Source: an uncultured Acidobacteriota bacterium (lineage in GTDB: Bacteria > Acidobacteriota > UBA6911). From it: 64,000 nucleotides of DNA. Within the stretch, counting starts at the first letter, position 1. Each line of letters begins with the position of its first letter. Both the position numbers and the translations under genes were made by a program. Under the pieces are notes generated by a model. That model searched no databases and was not told the origin of the DNA. It saw only the letters and a program-made list of their open reading frames with translations. Location of the stretch: NCBI GenBank assembly GCA_963809485.1, contig CAWEJX010000001.1:448001-512000 (forward strand). Direction: 5' to 3'. Below are positions 39,427 to 49,732 of this stretch, in pieces.

Positions 39427-41380
39427 TTTTGCCAATCCCTCTCTGTTCAAAGTCTTCGGCAACGAAATCCATACTTAATTCGTGCAGGGATTCTTTGGTA
39501 GGAATGCCCTGGTTATCCCAACCCTTGAATTGGTAATATGCGTCCAGAAGCTTGGCCTCCAATTCGGGAAATCTTTTCTTCCAATGGTCTTCGGGGGGTT
39601 TGTCGTCCGCTCTCCTCATGCCTCTCCGAACATTGACCGCCCGGACCAGAGTACGATTCCTCCGGGTTACTTGCGTGAGTCCGGCCTCGTCCAGATCCAT
39701 CCCGGTCGCGGCTGAGATGAGGGCCGGGTAATTATGTATGTGATAGGGAGGCTTCAGGGGGAAGGAAGATAATCCGGCACACATCCCGAGGGCGTCGTCG
39801 ATGTAGTGCATCATTTCCTGCCAATCCACAATATCGCAGCTTGCCTGAACATCGGGGTAATTTGGATTGGAGAATTCGCCGCGGAATTCCCATTTCCGGA
39901 GATACTCCTTGAACTTGTCGTCCGGCACCTGGATCCAGTCCTTTATAAACTCTTCTGTCTCCTGCTTGGTAGCGAAGGGCGCCTGGGGGAACTGCCCCTC
40001 GATTTGGGTGATGTTTATTTTCTCGCCGGTGGAATACATGAGGAAATATACCGGATTCAGCATTCCGAGCTTGAGAGGCAGCTGCTCGATCTTCTTGATG
40101 TGATTGTGGGCGTAAGCTTCCGCGCCATTGCCGATTTTCTGGGCTGCCCAATAAGTCCCGTCGGCCAGGACGTCCCCGATGCCTTCCCGCCGGACAATTC
40201 TGTCAAGCAGCCAGTAGAATCTGCCCTCGCTGTCGGACGGCATTCCCGCGAAATCCTGGTCTTTCAGAATGCCGGCTTCAAGGAGCTCAAGGCCAAAAGC
40301 CATAACCTGCGGGGTCGTGAATCCGTCCACCCCATACTCCGTGGCGCGTTGGGCGATTTTAAAGCCAAAATCGAGGTCCGAATAGGCCGCCATGGTATAG
40401 GTAAGCTTCGAGAAGCATTTCATCATGTAGGTCGAAATTCCCGGGACGGAAATGGTCGCCGCGCATTTCATCGGGCAGTTGTAACAGCTGATCAGGCGCG
40501 TCCGCACGCTTTCCTGGGTTTCCCTCCACTTCTCCTCGATTTCCTTGGTCCAGAAATCCTTCCTGCGGGTGCGGGCATTCCCCCACATGAAATTGGTGGT
40601 GTGCCATTCCTCATCGATGAGTTTCATCTCCTGCGGGGATCCGAGCCCGGCCAGAATGGGCATCACTCCGGGAATTGGCCTGCTATCCCGGTCTTTGATA
40701 TATTTCAGCACTTCGCTGCAGAACTCCATATACTCGGCCGGGCGGGCAATATTGACGTCTTTGGTTCCGCGCACCGCTATCGCCTTGACCTTTTTGTCGC
40801 CCATAACGGCACCTATTCCGCCACGGCTCGCGCTGGATCTGCCCTGTTCGATGGAAGCGAAATAAACCCTGCTTTCACCGGCCAGCCCGATCGCCGACAC
40901 CTGGATTTTCGGATCTTTCAATTCCTGCTGGATAAGCTCTGCGGTTTCGTTGGCGCCTTTTCCCTGCAGGTGGGATGCGTCGCGTATTTCCACTTTGTCG
41001 TTGTTTATATACAGATAGACCAGGTCGGGGGATTTGCCGCGGAGGATCACCTTGTCATAGCCGGCATACTTCAGTTCCGGCGCCCAGAATCCCCCCATCA
41101 TGGAAAAACCCATTAACCGGGTCTGCGGAGAGATTGTGGAGGCAATCGTGCGATTGCAGCCTGGCGCAGGGGTGCCGCATAAAAGGCCGGCGCTCAATAT
41201 CAGCAGGTTATCCGGAGAAAAGGGATCTGTATCAGGGGGGACCCTGTCCCACAATATCCTGGCATTTGTGCCCAATCCTCCCAGGTGAAGCTCGGTTAAT
41301 TTGGGGTCGGTTTCTACCCTTTCGATGTTTCCTCGGGATAGATCGATTTCAAGATTAAACCCTGTCTCGGCGTACCTCAT
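39413..41380 (-). CDS. bamB: BamB: tungstopterin benzoyl-CoA reductase catalytic subunit (AOR family)
   Basis: MRYAETG N-terminus, GLGSPQEM...WHTTNFMWGNAR, CYNCPMKC, MMKCFSKL and DKPPEDHWKKR; 655 aa; full bam context. Confidence 0.95.
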   Translation of the reverse strand: MRYAETGFNLEIDLSRGNIERVETDPKLTELHLGGLGTNARILWDRVPPDTDPFSPDNLLILSAGLLCGTPAPGCNRTIASTISPQTRLMGFSMMGGFWAPELKYAGYDKVILRGKSPDLVYLYINNDKVEIRDASHLQGKGANETAELIQQELKDPKIQVSAIGLAGESRVYFASIEQGRSSASRGGIGAVMGDKKVKAIAVRGTKDVNIARPAEYMEFCSEVLKYIKDRDSRPIPGVMPILAGLGSPQEMKLIDEEWHTTNFMWGNARTRRKDFWTKEIEEKWRETQESVRTRLISCYNCPMKCAATISVPGISTYMMKCFSKLTYTMAAYSDLDFGFKIAQRATEYGVDGFTTPQVMAFGLELLEAGILKDQDFAGMPSDSEGRFYWLLDRIVRREGIGDVLADGTYWAAQKIGNGAEAYAHNHIKKIEQLPLKLGMLNPVYFLMYSTGEKINITQIEGQFPQAPFATKQETEEFIKDWIQVPDDKFKEYLRKWEFRGEFSNPNYPDVQASCDIVDWQEMMHYIDDALGMCAGLSSFPLKPPYHIHNYPALISAATGMDLDEAGLTQVTRRNRTLVRAVNVRRGMRRADDKPPEDHWKKRFPELEAKLLDAYYQFKGWDNQGIPTKESLHELSMDFVAEDFEQRGIGKNEQS

Positions 41381-41513
41381 GATCTGGTTTTCCTTTTTTG
41401 GTTTCTATTTCGAATAAAGGATTGCCTGGGAAGCGGCAACCGGGTGCTACAGTTCAAAGCCCGTAAGCTCAGGCACAGCGGAAAGCGCATACGTTTCCTC
41501 CGCTTCCGAAAAG

Positions 41514-42161
41514 CTAAATTTCCTTCTCCAAAGGCAACATGCCAAGCATGGTAAAACCCAATGACTTGAAATAGGAAATCAGCTCGCCTTCATGCCATTC
41601 CACCATCGTCCTGATCTTGGTGATGTTCTTCTTCCGGAAATGATCGAGCAGTGTTGCCCCCAGCTTGCGGCCCACACCCATGCCCTGATACTCGGAATCG
41701 ACACCCAGAATCAGTATCCAGCCGGTCATTCCCCCTCGGCCGAATTCCCAGCGCCGGACCTCGCTGAACACGAAACCGACGAGTTTCCCGTCGATTTCTG
41801 CTCCCAGGTTTAAGAGCGGATCGCCGTGCTGAAGATTGTAGACTGTCGTATCTTTGAGGGATACGAGCCTCTCGGGATTGCCTGAATTCTGCTCCCCGAT
41901 GATCTTTTCCTCGATGCGCAGGATGTCGTCCAGATCATCCATGCCGAGGAATCGGATAGTAACGGCGGCTGAAACATCCGTCCAGAGCTTGGTGCGACCG
42001 ATCTTGTTGTAATGGATTTTCCCTTCGGCCCGCAGCACTTCCAGGTACTTGGCAACGGTATGGCGGGTCAAATTCAGCCTTTCAGATAGTTCTTCCATCT
42101 GGAGGCCGGTTTTGGCCGATTGGAGAATCTGCAAAATATTGGACTGGATGCTCTCTTCCAT
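41514..42161 (-). CDS. Winged-HTH / GNAT fusion, putative transcriptional regulator
   Basis: N-terminal EELSERLNLTRHTVAKYLEVL (wHTH); C-terminal GNAT LGVDSEYQGMGVGRKL. Confidence 0.85.
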   Translation of the reverse strand: MEESIQSNILQILQSAKTGLQMEELSERLNLTRHTVAKYLEVLRAEGKIHYNKIGRTKLWTDVSAAVTIRFLGMDDLDDILRIEEKIIGEQNSGNPERLVSLKDTTVYNLQHGDPLLNLGAEIDGKLVGFVFSEVRRWEFGRGGMTGWILILGVDSEYQGMGVGRKLGATLLDHFRKKNITKIRTMVEWHEGELISYFKSLGFTMLGMLPLEKEI

Positions 42162-42162
42162 A

Positions 42163-42192
42163 ATTATGGTAACCAATATTGGTTACCATAAT
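42163..42192. promoter_or_regulatory. Perfect 30-bp palindrome, putative operator
   Basis: ATTATGGTAACCAAT|ATTGGTTACCATAAT, immediately upstream of the regulator ATG. Confidence 0.75.
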
Positions 42193-42220
42193 AATAATCG
42201 GCAGATATCGGTGTTGTCAA
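42191..42220 (-). promoter_or_regulatory. Sigma-70-type promoter of the regulator and possibly the bam operon
   Basis: Minus strand TTGACA-N18-TATTAT; the -10 element abuts the palindrome. Confidence 0.6.
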
Positions 42221-42511
42221 TAAAAATTGCGGAAAACAAAACCTGGCCACGAGAAACACGCATAGAACGAAAGCGGCCCTGATGCTCCCGCATATGCCCT
42301 CCTCCGGCCATCATTGTTGGATCCGGTACAGGATTTGATCATTTGGATTCGCGTAATTGAATATTTCGCGATTGGATTCTTTGCAGAACGATTGCGAATC
42401 GGCGGGAGAGATACAAAATGCAGCCTTGGATTCCGCGGCGCGGCCGGGTGGCCGCAACCGAAGGGATGTGAATTCGCAGGACATTCGCGCCGCGGAATCC
42501 GTGGCTGTGGA

Positions 42512-43306
42512 TTAGCGATCCTTCCAGACGGGCTTGCGGCGCTCGATGAAGGCGCCGATCCCTTCGTTGCCGTCGTTGCTGGCCAGCACCTCATCGACAT
42601 ACTGCTTTTCGATCCTGTCGAGCGGTTCGCCCAGTGCGGCAATCAGCCCCGAGCCGATGCGGGCGACGCGCGTGTTCTGGCGGATGGCAAACGCCGAAAG
42701 CGGCAGCAGGTGCTTGCGGTACCATTCCATCAGCTCTTCTTCCGGATTTCCACCGGAGAAGACCGCGGTAACCAGGCCTGCTTTCTCGGCAGCCGCCGCA
42801 TCGATGGTAGCGCCCGTTATAATAAGCCTCTCGGCCAACGGGCCGCCGAGGCGATAGGATCCTATGGCAGCGAGGACGGGGGGAAGAACCCCCAGCGTGA
42901 TCTCAGGGCAGCCAAGGCTGGCGTTTGGAGCCGCAAAGACGAAATGGCAGGCCAGGATCAGCTCAAAGGCGCCGCCAAGGCAGGAGCCTTCAACCAGCGC
43001 CGCGATCGGCACCGGGTAGCCGGCGACCTGCCGGATCATCGCGTGAAAGCCGGCAAGCATCGAAGGGGCCTGCTCTTTCCTGTGTTCTTCAACCGAAGCG
43101 CCGAACGAAAAGTGCTTCCCGGCGCCCCGGATGATCACCATGCGCAGGTGCGTGTTGTCGAGCTGGGCGATGAGCTCCTTTGAAAGCGCCTGCATCATTT
43201 CCAGCGTGAGCACATTGCCTTTCGGCCGGTTAAGCACCAGGCGGAGAAGCGTTCCGTTTTCAAGGAGGGTCGGTTCGACAATAGGGGCAGGATTTTCTGT
43301 AGCCAT
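42512..43306 (-). CDS. dch: Cyclohexa-1,5-diene-1-carbonyl-CoA hydratase (Dch/BamR)
   Basis: Crotonase: PKGNVL, HFSFGASVEEH, CLGGAFEL and PEITLGVLPP; clustered with had and oah. Confidence 0.88.
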   Translation of the reverse strand: MATENPAPIVEPTLLENGTLLRLVLNRPKGNVLTLEMMQALSKELIAQLDNTHLRMVIIRGAGKHFSFGASVEEHRKEQAPSMLAGFHAMIRQVAGYPVPIAALVEGSCLGGAFELILACHFVFAAPNASLGCPEITLGVLPPVLAAIGSYRLGGPLAERLIITGATIDAAAAEKAGLVTAVFSGGNPEEELMEWYRKHLLPLSAFAIRQNTRVARIGSGLIAALGEPLDRIEKQYVDEVLASNDGNEGIGAFIERRKPVWKDR

Positions 43307-43467
43307 ACGAACTCCTTTTCTGAATTATTGATCTGCATTATCGCGGGTATTTTCACCCCGAAGGGGGGGGGGCGGCGCAACGTGCATCAGTGATCTCTGC
43401 GCATTGTCCGCCCCCCTGCGACTCCGCGGTGAAATGCGCAGGCGCGCATTGGGATGGCAGTGTCGCT

Positions 43468-44524
43468 TTACGTGCGCGGATCCATCACCATGCGCTTTTC
43501 GAGTTTGTGCGCGGCCATGGCCGCCAGATATTCGTTAACCTTGGACATCGGTCCATATTCGATGAAGGGATCCAGCTTCACTTTGCCTTCTTCAATCAGA
43601 CGCAGCACCCCGGGGTAAACCTCAGGAGGACACCCCCAGGTTCCGTGGATGCTGGCGTCAAAGGCCATGAGGTTGGAAAGCCGCACCTCAATCTTGTTCG
43701 GCGTGTATCCCACCTGCAACATGGTCGCGCCCCGCTCCAGGAGGCCATAGGCGGTAACCTGGCCCGGCGGTGCTTCCGCTGCATTCAAAAAGCTTGTACT
43801 TCAACGTAGGCGCACCCTTGGCAAACGAGCGGATCTGTTTGCGCAGTTCCTTGGGATCCTTGTTGGTCAGGTCGATCACCTCTTCCGCGCCGTAGCCGGC
43901 AATCAGCTTGAGGCGTTCGGCGATGATATCGCAGGCGACGACGCGGGCGCCCATTGCATGGGCGATCTGGGCGACAAAGCCTCCGACGCCGCCGGCACCT
44001 ACGACGATCGCCACATCCCCTGCGGTGAGATTGGCCCGCAGGATGGCCTGATACGCCGTTGAAACCGCGTCCGCGACCACAGATAGCGCCGCAACATTGG
44101 AAGAGAAATCCGGACTGATTTTGATCACCGGCGCCGCCGGCACGAGAAAGTGAGTGGAAAACGCGCCATCAATATCGTTGCCGGGCATCTTTTGATTCGG
44201 GCAGGCGTTTCCGCGTCCTGCCAGGCAAAATGCGCATTCGCCGCAGGGAAGGACCGCCGGAACGAGCACGGTGGATCCCATCAGCGACTCATAATCCTTC
44301 CCGGCAGAGACGACGCGCCCCACTGCCTCATGTCCGAGCACGATGGGTATCCCCTTTTTTGTGGGGACGGATCCATCCGCGTATCCGAGGTCGGTATGGC
44401 ACATACCGCAGGCAATGACTTCAACAATCACTTCCTTCGGCCCGGGATCGGGTATCTGCAAAGGCCGTTGTACCAGCGGCATTTTTGCAGCCTCCAAAAC
44501 ATATGCTTGAGCAGTAACAGTCAT
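43468..44524 (-). CDS. had: 6-hydroxycyclohex-1-ene-1-carbonyl-CoA dehydrogenase (Had/BamQ), with one frameshift near 43764
   Basis: Zn-ADH: CGMCHTDLGY, VPAVLPCGEC, QKMPGND and FECSG. Continues in another frame as GQVTAY...LSNLMAFDA..GTWGCPP. Confidence 0.85.
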
Positions 44525-44610
44525 GGCATCTTCCTTTCTGGATTAATTCCTCGCACTAATTCACATATGTCACAGATTCGAAGCAGCCGCATCGCGAAAA
44601 CGGGTGCTTT

Positions 44611-45759
44611 CTATTTGGGTTTTCCAAGGACTTGTTCCATAAAGGCCTCGTCCACAAGGGCGCCCTCGGCCACGAGCTGACGGTACTTGATGAAATCGAT
44701 AGTATCTGCACTCGTGATTTTTTTGGTATTGAACGCCCCGAAGCCCAGGAAGGCCTCTCCCATCATGTTTGCAGCCAGCCAGTGCCTGTTGGGGTTCTTG
44801 ATTTGATCCCAGAAGAACTTTTTCTTGTTCCGGATTCCATCAACCGACATGATGAGGCAGCCGGGGAAAAGGTTCGCGAAGGTCCAGACGATCCGATCAA
44901 CCTCCGCATCCAGCAGCGAAAAATCGTAATCATTGTTCTTCAGCTTGTCATTGACCCATCCGCGCGCCTTTTTGAGCTCCTCGCCCGTTTTGTATTCGCC
45001 GTAGACAATCTCGCCGTTCTGCACATAGGTGTCCGTAATGATCTGCGGATTCCGGACCCAGTTCCCGCTTTCATCCTTCAGGACGGGCACCACTTTGGAG
45101 ATCAGGTTCTTCGCCTTCATCTTGTAGGCGCTCCACATCTCGCAGCTGATGCAATTCCACATGGCATCTTCCGCAGTTAAAAACCACGGGAGAAAGTCGG
45201 AAGCGCCGCCCACCGGCGCGGATCCGTGCCTGGGGCCCGCCTGGCCGAAAATGGCCAAATCTGAAGATACGGCAATGTCGCACGCGAGTCCTATTTCCTG
45301 GCCGCCCGCGACCCGCATCCCGTTGACACGGCAGATCACCGGCTTCTTGCACATCAGGATGGAATCCACCATGTTGTTGAAGAGTTCCATGTAAGCGCCG
45401 TATTCTTCGGGGCGCTTGCTGTAATACTCGGAATATTCCTTTGTGTTGCCTCCTGTACAGAAGGCATTGGGCCCGGTTCCCGTAAATACCGTGGCTACAA
45501 CCTCGCGGTCAACCGAGGAATTTTCGAATCCGGCAATAATCCCTTTGACCATCTCCGTCGTATAGGAATTATACTGCGCAGGATTATTGAGCCTTATCCA
45601 GGACACGAAAAGTCCCGGCACCACATTCCCCTTCGGATCTTTCAGGGGCTTTTTCTCGTAGACGACACAGGGCGCTTCTGTCCCCCAATGCTCCGCCCCG
45701 TACCTGTTGTGATCTTTTTTCCCGTGTTCTCGCGGCATCCAATCAAGTCCCATAAACAT
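44611..45759 (-). CDS. oah: 6-oxocyclohex-1-ene-1-carbonyl-CoA hydrolase (Oah/BamA)
   Basis: LNNPAQYNSYTTEMVK, AFCTGGNTKEY, GQAGPRHGSAP and WLAANMMGEA. Confidence 0.95.
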   Translation of the reverse strand: MFMGLDWMPREHGKKDHNRYGAEHWGTEAPCVVYEKKPLKDPKGNVVPGLFVSWIRLNNPAQYNSYTTEMVKGIIAGFENSSVDREVVATVFTGTGPNAFCTGGNTKEYSEYYSKRPEEYGAYMELFNNMVDSILMCKKPVICRVNGMRVAGGQEIGLACDIAVSSDLAIFGQAGPRHGSAPVGGASDFLPWFLTAEDAMWNCISCEMWSAYKMKAKNLISKVVPVLKDESGNWVRNPQIITDTYVQNGEIVYGEYKTGEELKKARGWVNDKLKNNDYDFSLLDAEVDRIVWTFANLFPGCLIMSVDGIRNKKKFFWDQIKNPNRHWLAANMMGEAFLGFGAFNTKKITSADTIDFIKYRQLVAEGALVDEAFMEQVLGKPK

Positions 45760-46087
45760 GTCCTCCGATCTGAGTGATTATGAAGTATGGTTCCAAAGGC
45801 GCTTCATGCGGCTGTTCCCGCAATCGGAATTGCATCCTCTAAAACCCATAAGATAAAACAGAGCACGTTATCACTAGCTTTTTTGTGACGCGGTGTCAAG
45901 TAATGAATGGAAGATGCAAGAAAAGCGCAGCCACAGATCTTACAAATTGCGCCTATGAAGCCGTCCTCGGTATTTCAGCGTATGGGCCAGCTCGTTGCTC
46001 CGCATCCTTTTGGCCTGTTCCCGTGGAAAGAGGCGGAGTCGGCGGATTTGTGCGGGTGTACGGGCCTGCCGGAACAAATGAATCTTA

Positions 46088-47074
46088 TCAGATTATCCCT
46101 CCGAAATATTTCATGAACTGCACTCTATCATACACAGCGGGATTACGGCTCTTTGCCTGGCTCAATTTCCCCCTAAAATCCGCTAGACATCCATAACCTT
46201 TCTTCCCCATCCACTCTTCCAGGGTTTTCAGCATTTCAGAAATCCGACTATTACCGTTTAAATAGAGGGTGGAGGCTACCTGCACCGCAGCAGCGCCGGC
46301 CAGCAACTGTTTGATCAGTGCCACGCCGTCATGGACTCCCGTTGAAGCTGCCAGATCGCACCTGACCCTCTCCACCATAATCGCAATCCAACGCAGGGAA
46401 ATCGACAGATCTGCAGGCGAGCTGAAAATATTTGAGGGGACAGCCTCCATTTTGTCTATATCAAAATCGGGGCTGTAAAACCGATTGAAAAGCACTAATC
46501 CGGCGATCCCGGTCTCCGACAGTTTCTGAATCATGGGTCCCAGATTGGAGAAATAATAACTGATTTTCAGCGCGATCGGGATGCTGACCTCGTTTTGAAT
46601 TTTTTCGATGATTTGAAAATAGGCCTTTTCTTTTTCCTCACTAGTGCGTCCGAATTCGGTGGGCAGAAAGAACATGTTCAGCTCGATTGCATCCGCGCCG
46701 GCGGTCTGGAGCTTCTTTGCAAAGGATGTCCATTCGTGGGAGTAGACACAATTAATGCTGGCAATGACGGGGATGGAAACAGCCTTTTTGCACTCCTCGA
46801 TCAGTGTGGCGTATCTGCTCAGTTTTTCACCCTTAATGTGAAAGTCGTAATAATCAAACTGGCTCAGGTTTAGACCTTCTTGGGAGGCTTTTTTCAAAAT
46901 ATCCTCATATTCAAACGCGATCTCCTCCTCGAAAATAGACTTTAGCACAACGGCAGCGGCGCCACATTTTTCAAGCTCCTGAATGCTTCTGACTGAATCC
47001 GTTAAACCCGAGCTGCCCGCGATTATAGGATTTTTAAGCGTCATCCCGAGATATTGTGTTGACAGATCGACCAT
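46088..47074 (-). CDS. Dihydroorotate dehydrogenase-like FMN protein
   Basis: YLGMTLKNPII, VLKSIFEEEI, LVLFNRFY and AASTGVHDG; lacks the canonical ELNxSCPN Cys. Confidence 0.85.
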   Translation of the reverse strand: MVDLSTQYLGMTLKNPIIAGSSGLTDSVRSIQELEKCGAAAVVLKSIFEEEIAFEYEDILKKASQEGLNLSQFDYYDFHIKGEKLSRYATLIEECKKAVSIPVIASINCVYSHEWTSFAKKLQTAGADAIELNMFFLPTEFGRTSEEKEKAYFQIIEKIQNEVSIPIALKISYYFSNLGPMIQKLSETGIAGLVLFNRFYSPDFDIDKMEAVPSNIFSSPADLSISLRWIAIMVERVRCDLAASTGVHDGVALIKQLLAGAAAVQVASTLYLNGNSRISEMLKTLEEWMGKKGYGCLADFRGKLSQAKSRNPAVYDRVQFMKYFGGII

Positions 47075-47354
47075 TTTCACCTCTCCTTTCATTGAGTCCA
47101 GCCATCGCGGTTGAAGAAACCAAACGGTTCAAGAAGTGCATTGTAGGTCTAAACTGCCGCGATCAACATGGGATTTTACCAGGCTTCTGCCAAAAGCACA
47201 TAATCTCTGTTTGAGCTTGATAAAAATTGCGTTCTTCCAGCCAAAAGACGCTCGTGCAATTCAGGGAATTCGTGGTTGGGTTTTTTCTTTTGCTTTGAAC
47301 CTGCAACTTGGACAAAATGAAGTTTTTGTGAAATCTACGGCTGACATAGAGAAT

Positions 47355-49649
47355 ATGGACATTCTGGCAGGCCTAAATCCTCAGCAGCGTCTGGCAGTAG
47401 AGCATGGGCGCGGGCCGGCGCTGGTGCTCGCCGGCGCCGGAAGCGGCAAGACCCGAGTCATTGCCCACCGGATCGTCTATCTGATCCAGAATTCGGCCGC
47501 GCGCCCCGAAAACATCCTGGCCGTGACTTTCACCAACAAGGCGGCCCGGGAGATGCAGGAGCGTGTACGCAAAATTCTGGGACACGGGCGCAGCGCGGAG
47601 ACTCTGATATCGACCTTCCATTCATTCTGCGTGCGCCTGCTCCGGAGAGAGATCCATCGCCTGGGCTACAAGCGGGATTTTTCCATTTACGACACGGATG
47701 ACCAGAAGCGCCTGCTCAAGCAGACGCTGGAGGAGATTCGCGATGCGGATCCGGAGCTTTCGCCGCGGGAAATCCTGAGCAGAATCAGCTACGCCAAAAA
47801 TCACGGAGTCTCGCCGGAACACTATGCCTCGCGGTTCCCTTCAGAGATCGCGGAGGATGTGCAGCGCATCTACACCCGATACAACGGCCGCATGCGGCAC
47901 TCCAATGCGCTGGATTTTGACGATCTCCTACTGCTGTCCGTAGCCGTGCTGGGAAAAGTGCCCGAATTGAGGACCTACTACAGCGACTGGTACCGCTACA
48001 TCCTTGTGGACGAGTACCAGGATACCAACCGGCCGCAGTATGACCTGCTTCGCCTGCTTACAACCTCGCACCAAAATCTGTTCGTCGTTGGAGATGAGGA
48101 TCAGTCCATCTATAAATTCCGCGGAGCCGATATCCAGAACATACTCCGATTCGAGAAGGACTTCCCGGGCGCGCGCGTCATCAGGCTGGAGCAGAACTAC
48201 CGTTCCAGCCAGAATATCCTGCGGGCGGCCGGGGCGGTGGTGGAAAACAACACCGAGCGCAAAGGAAAGAGCCTCTGGACGGAAAACGCCGGCGGCGACG
48301 TCATCACGTGCTGCTCGGCCGAATCGCCCCGCGAAGAAGCCGGCTGGGTGGCCCGCCAGATAAGAAGCGCTCTCGAAGAAAACCCGGGATGGCACATCGC
48401 GGTTCTCTATCGCGCCAATTTCCTTTCGCGAAATTTCGAAGACGTTCTGACGGAAGAAGGCATCCCCTACGCCCTTGTCGGAAGCGTCGCCTTCTTCGGG
48501 CGGATGGAAGTGAAGGATCTTCTGGCTTACCTGAGAGTTATTTTCAATCCCGAAGACGACCTGGCGCTCCTCAGGATTCTCAATACGCCGCCCCGCGGCA
48601 TCGGCAGCGAACCACGATGGACATGCTTACGGAAACGGCGCTGGAAAAGGGTGTTTCCGATTCTCCAGGCCCTGCGCGAGAAAGCCGCCGACACCACGAT
48701 GCCCGTCCGGACAGCACGCGCCCTGATGCGATTTCTGGGCTTGATGGATAAATGGGCGGGCCTTCAGCAGACGGCCTCCATCGCGCAGCTGCTCGAAACG
48801 ATCCTGCAAGGATACCCAGTATGCAAGGAATCGCTTCAGAAGCAGGAAGCATCCGCAGAAGTGGAGAACCGGCTGGCCAACATCGAGGAATTGATTCGCG
48901 CCGCCCGAATCCGAATCCAGGGGGGAAACGATCTCTGAATTTCTCGACCGCGCAGCGCTCTCCTCGGAACTCGACCAGCTCGATCCCAATGCGCACGTGG
49001 CGTTGATGACGCTGCACAGCGCCAAAGGACTGGAATTCGACACCGTATTTCTCGCCGGAATGGAAGAAGGGCTTTTCCCCCATTCCCAATCCATGGATTC
49101 CAATGCGGACCTCGAGGAGGAACGGCGCCTCTGCTATGTCGGCATTACGCGCGCAAAACGCAAGCTGTTTGTCACGTGGACCCCATTTCGCAAAAACTAT
49201 GGCCCGGATGCTGGATTTCCCGCCCAAATCTCCCGCTTCCTCAGGGAAATGTCCGCAGGATTTGCTCGAAGGACTGGAGGAGACGGACTCTTTCGACCGG
49301 CGGATTCGCCGCGGCGAACCGGTTTTTATGAAGCGGAGGAAAAGTCCACACGGTTCGGGAATACCACGTTGAGCACACCAGGCCGCACGAAGAGCCGTTC
49401 CCGCAGCCCAAGACGATCGCCGAGCTGAAGGCGTACATCGAACGGAAACAGCGGTCCGGCGAAACCGGCGGCGAATCGAAAGCCGGTCCTATTTTCAAAG
49501 CGGGCATGCGGGTCCGCCATGAGCAATTCGGCGATGGGATCGTGCTCAGCCGTGAACGCTCGGGGAATGATATAAAGCTCATCATTACGTTCAGCCGCGT
49601 AGGCCGGAAAGCCCTGATCGAAAAGTATGCGAAACTGAAAGCCCTGTAG
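47355..49649 (+). CDS. uvrD: UvrD/PcrA helicase, interrupted by several indels in the 3' half
   Basis: LAGAGSGKT, VTFTNKAA, VDEYQD, VGDEDQSIY, LEQNYRS, then LMTLHSAKGLEF, EERRLCYVGITRA and a C-terminal VRHEQFGDG domain in shifting frames. Confidence 0.88.
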
Positions 49650-49732
49650 AAACGATGCCCTAATAAATCCGCCCCGGGTTTCAGATAAAGCAATTTGCAG
49701 GACCGGGACGTTGACCTTCGTGAACCGCGCCC

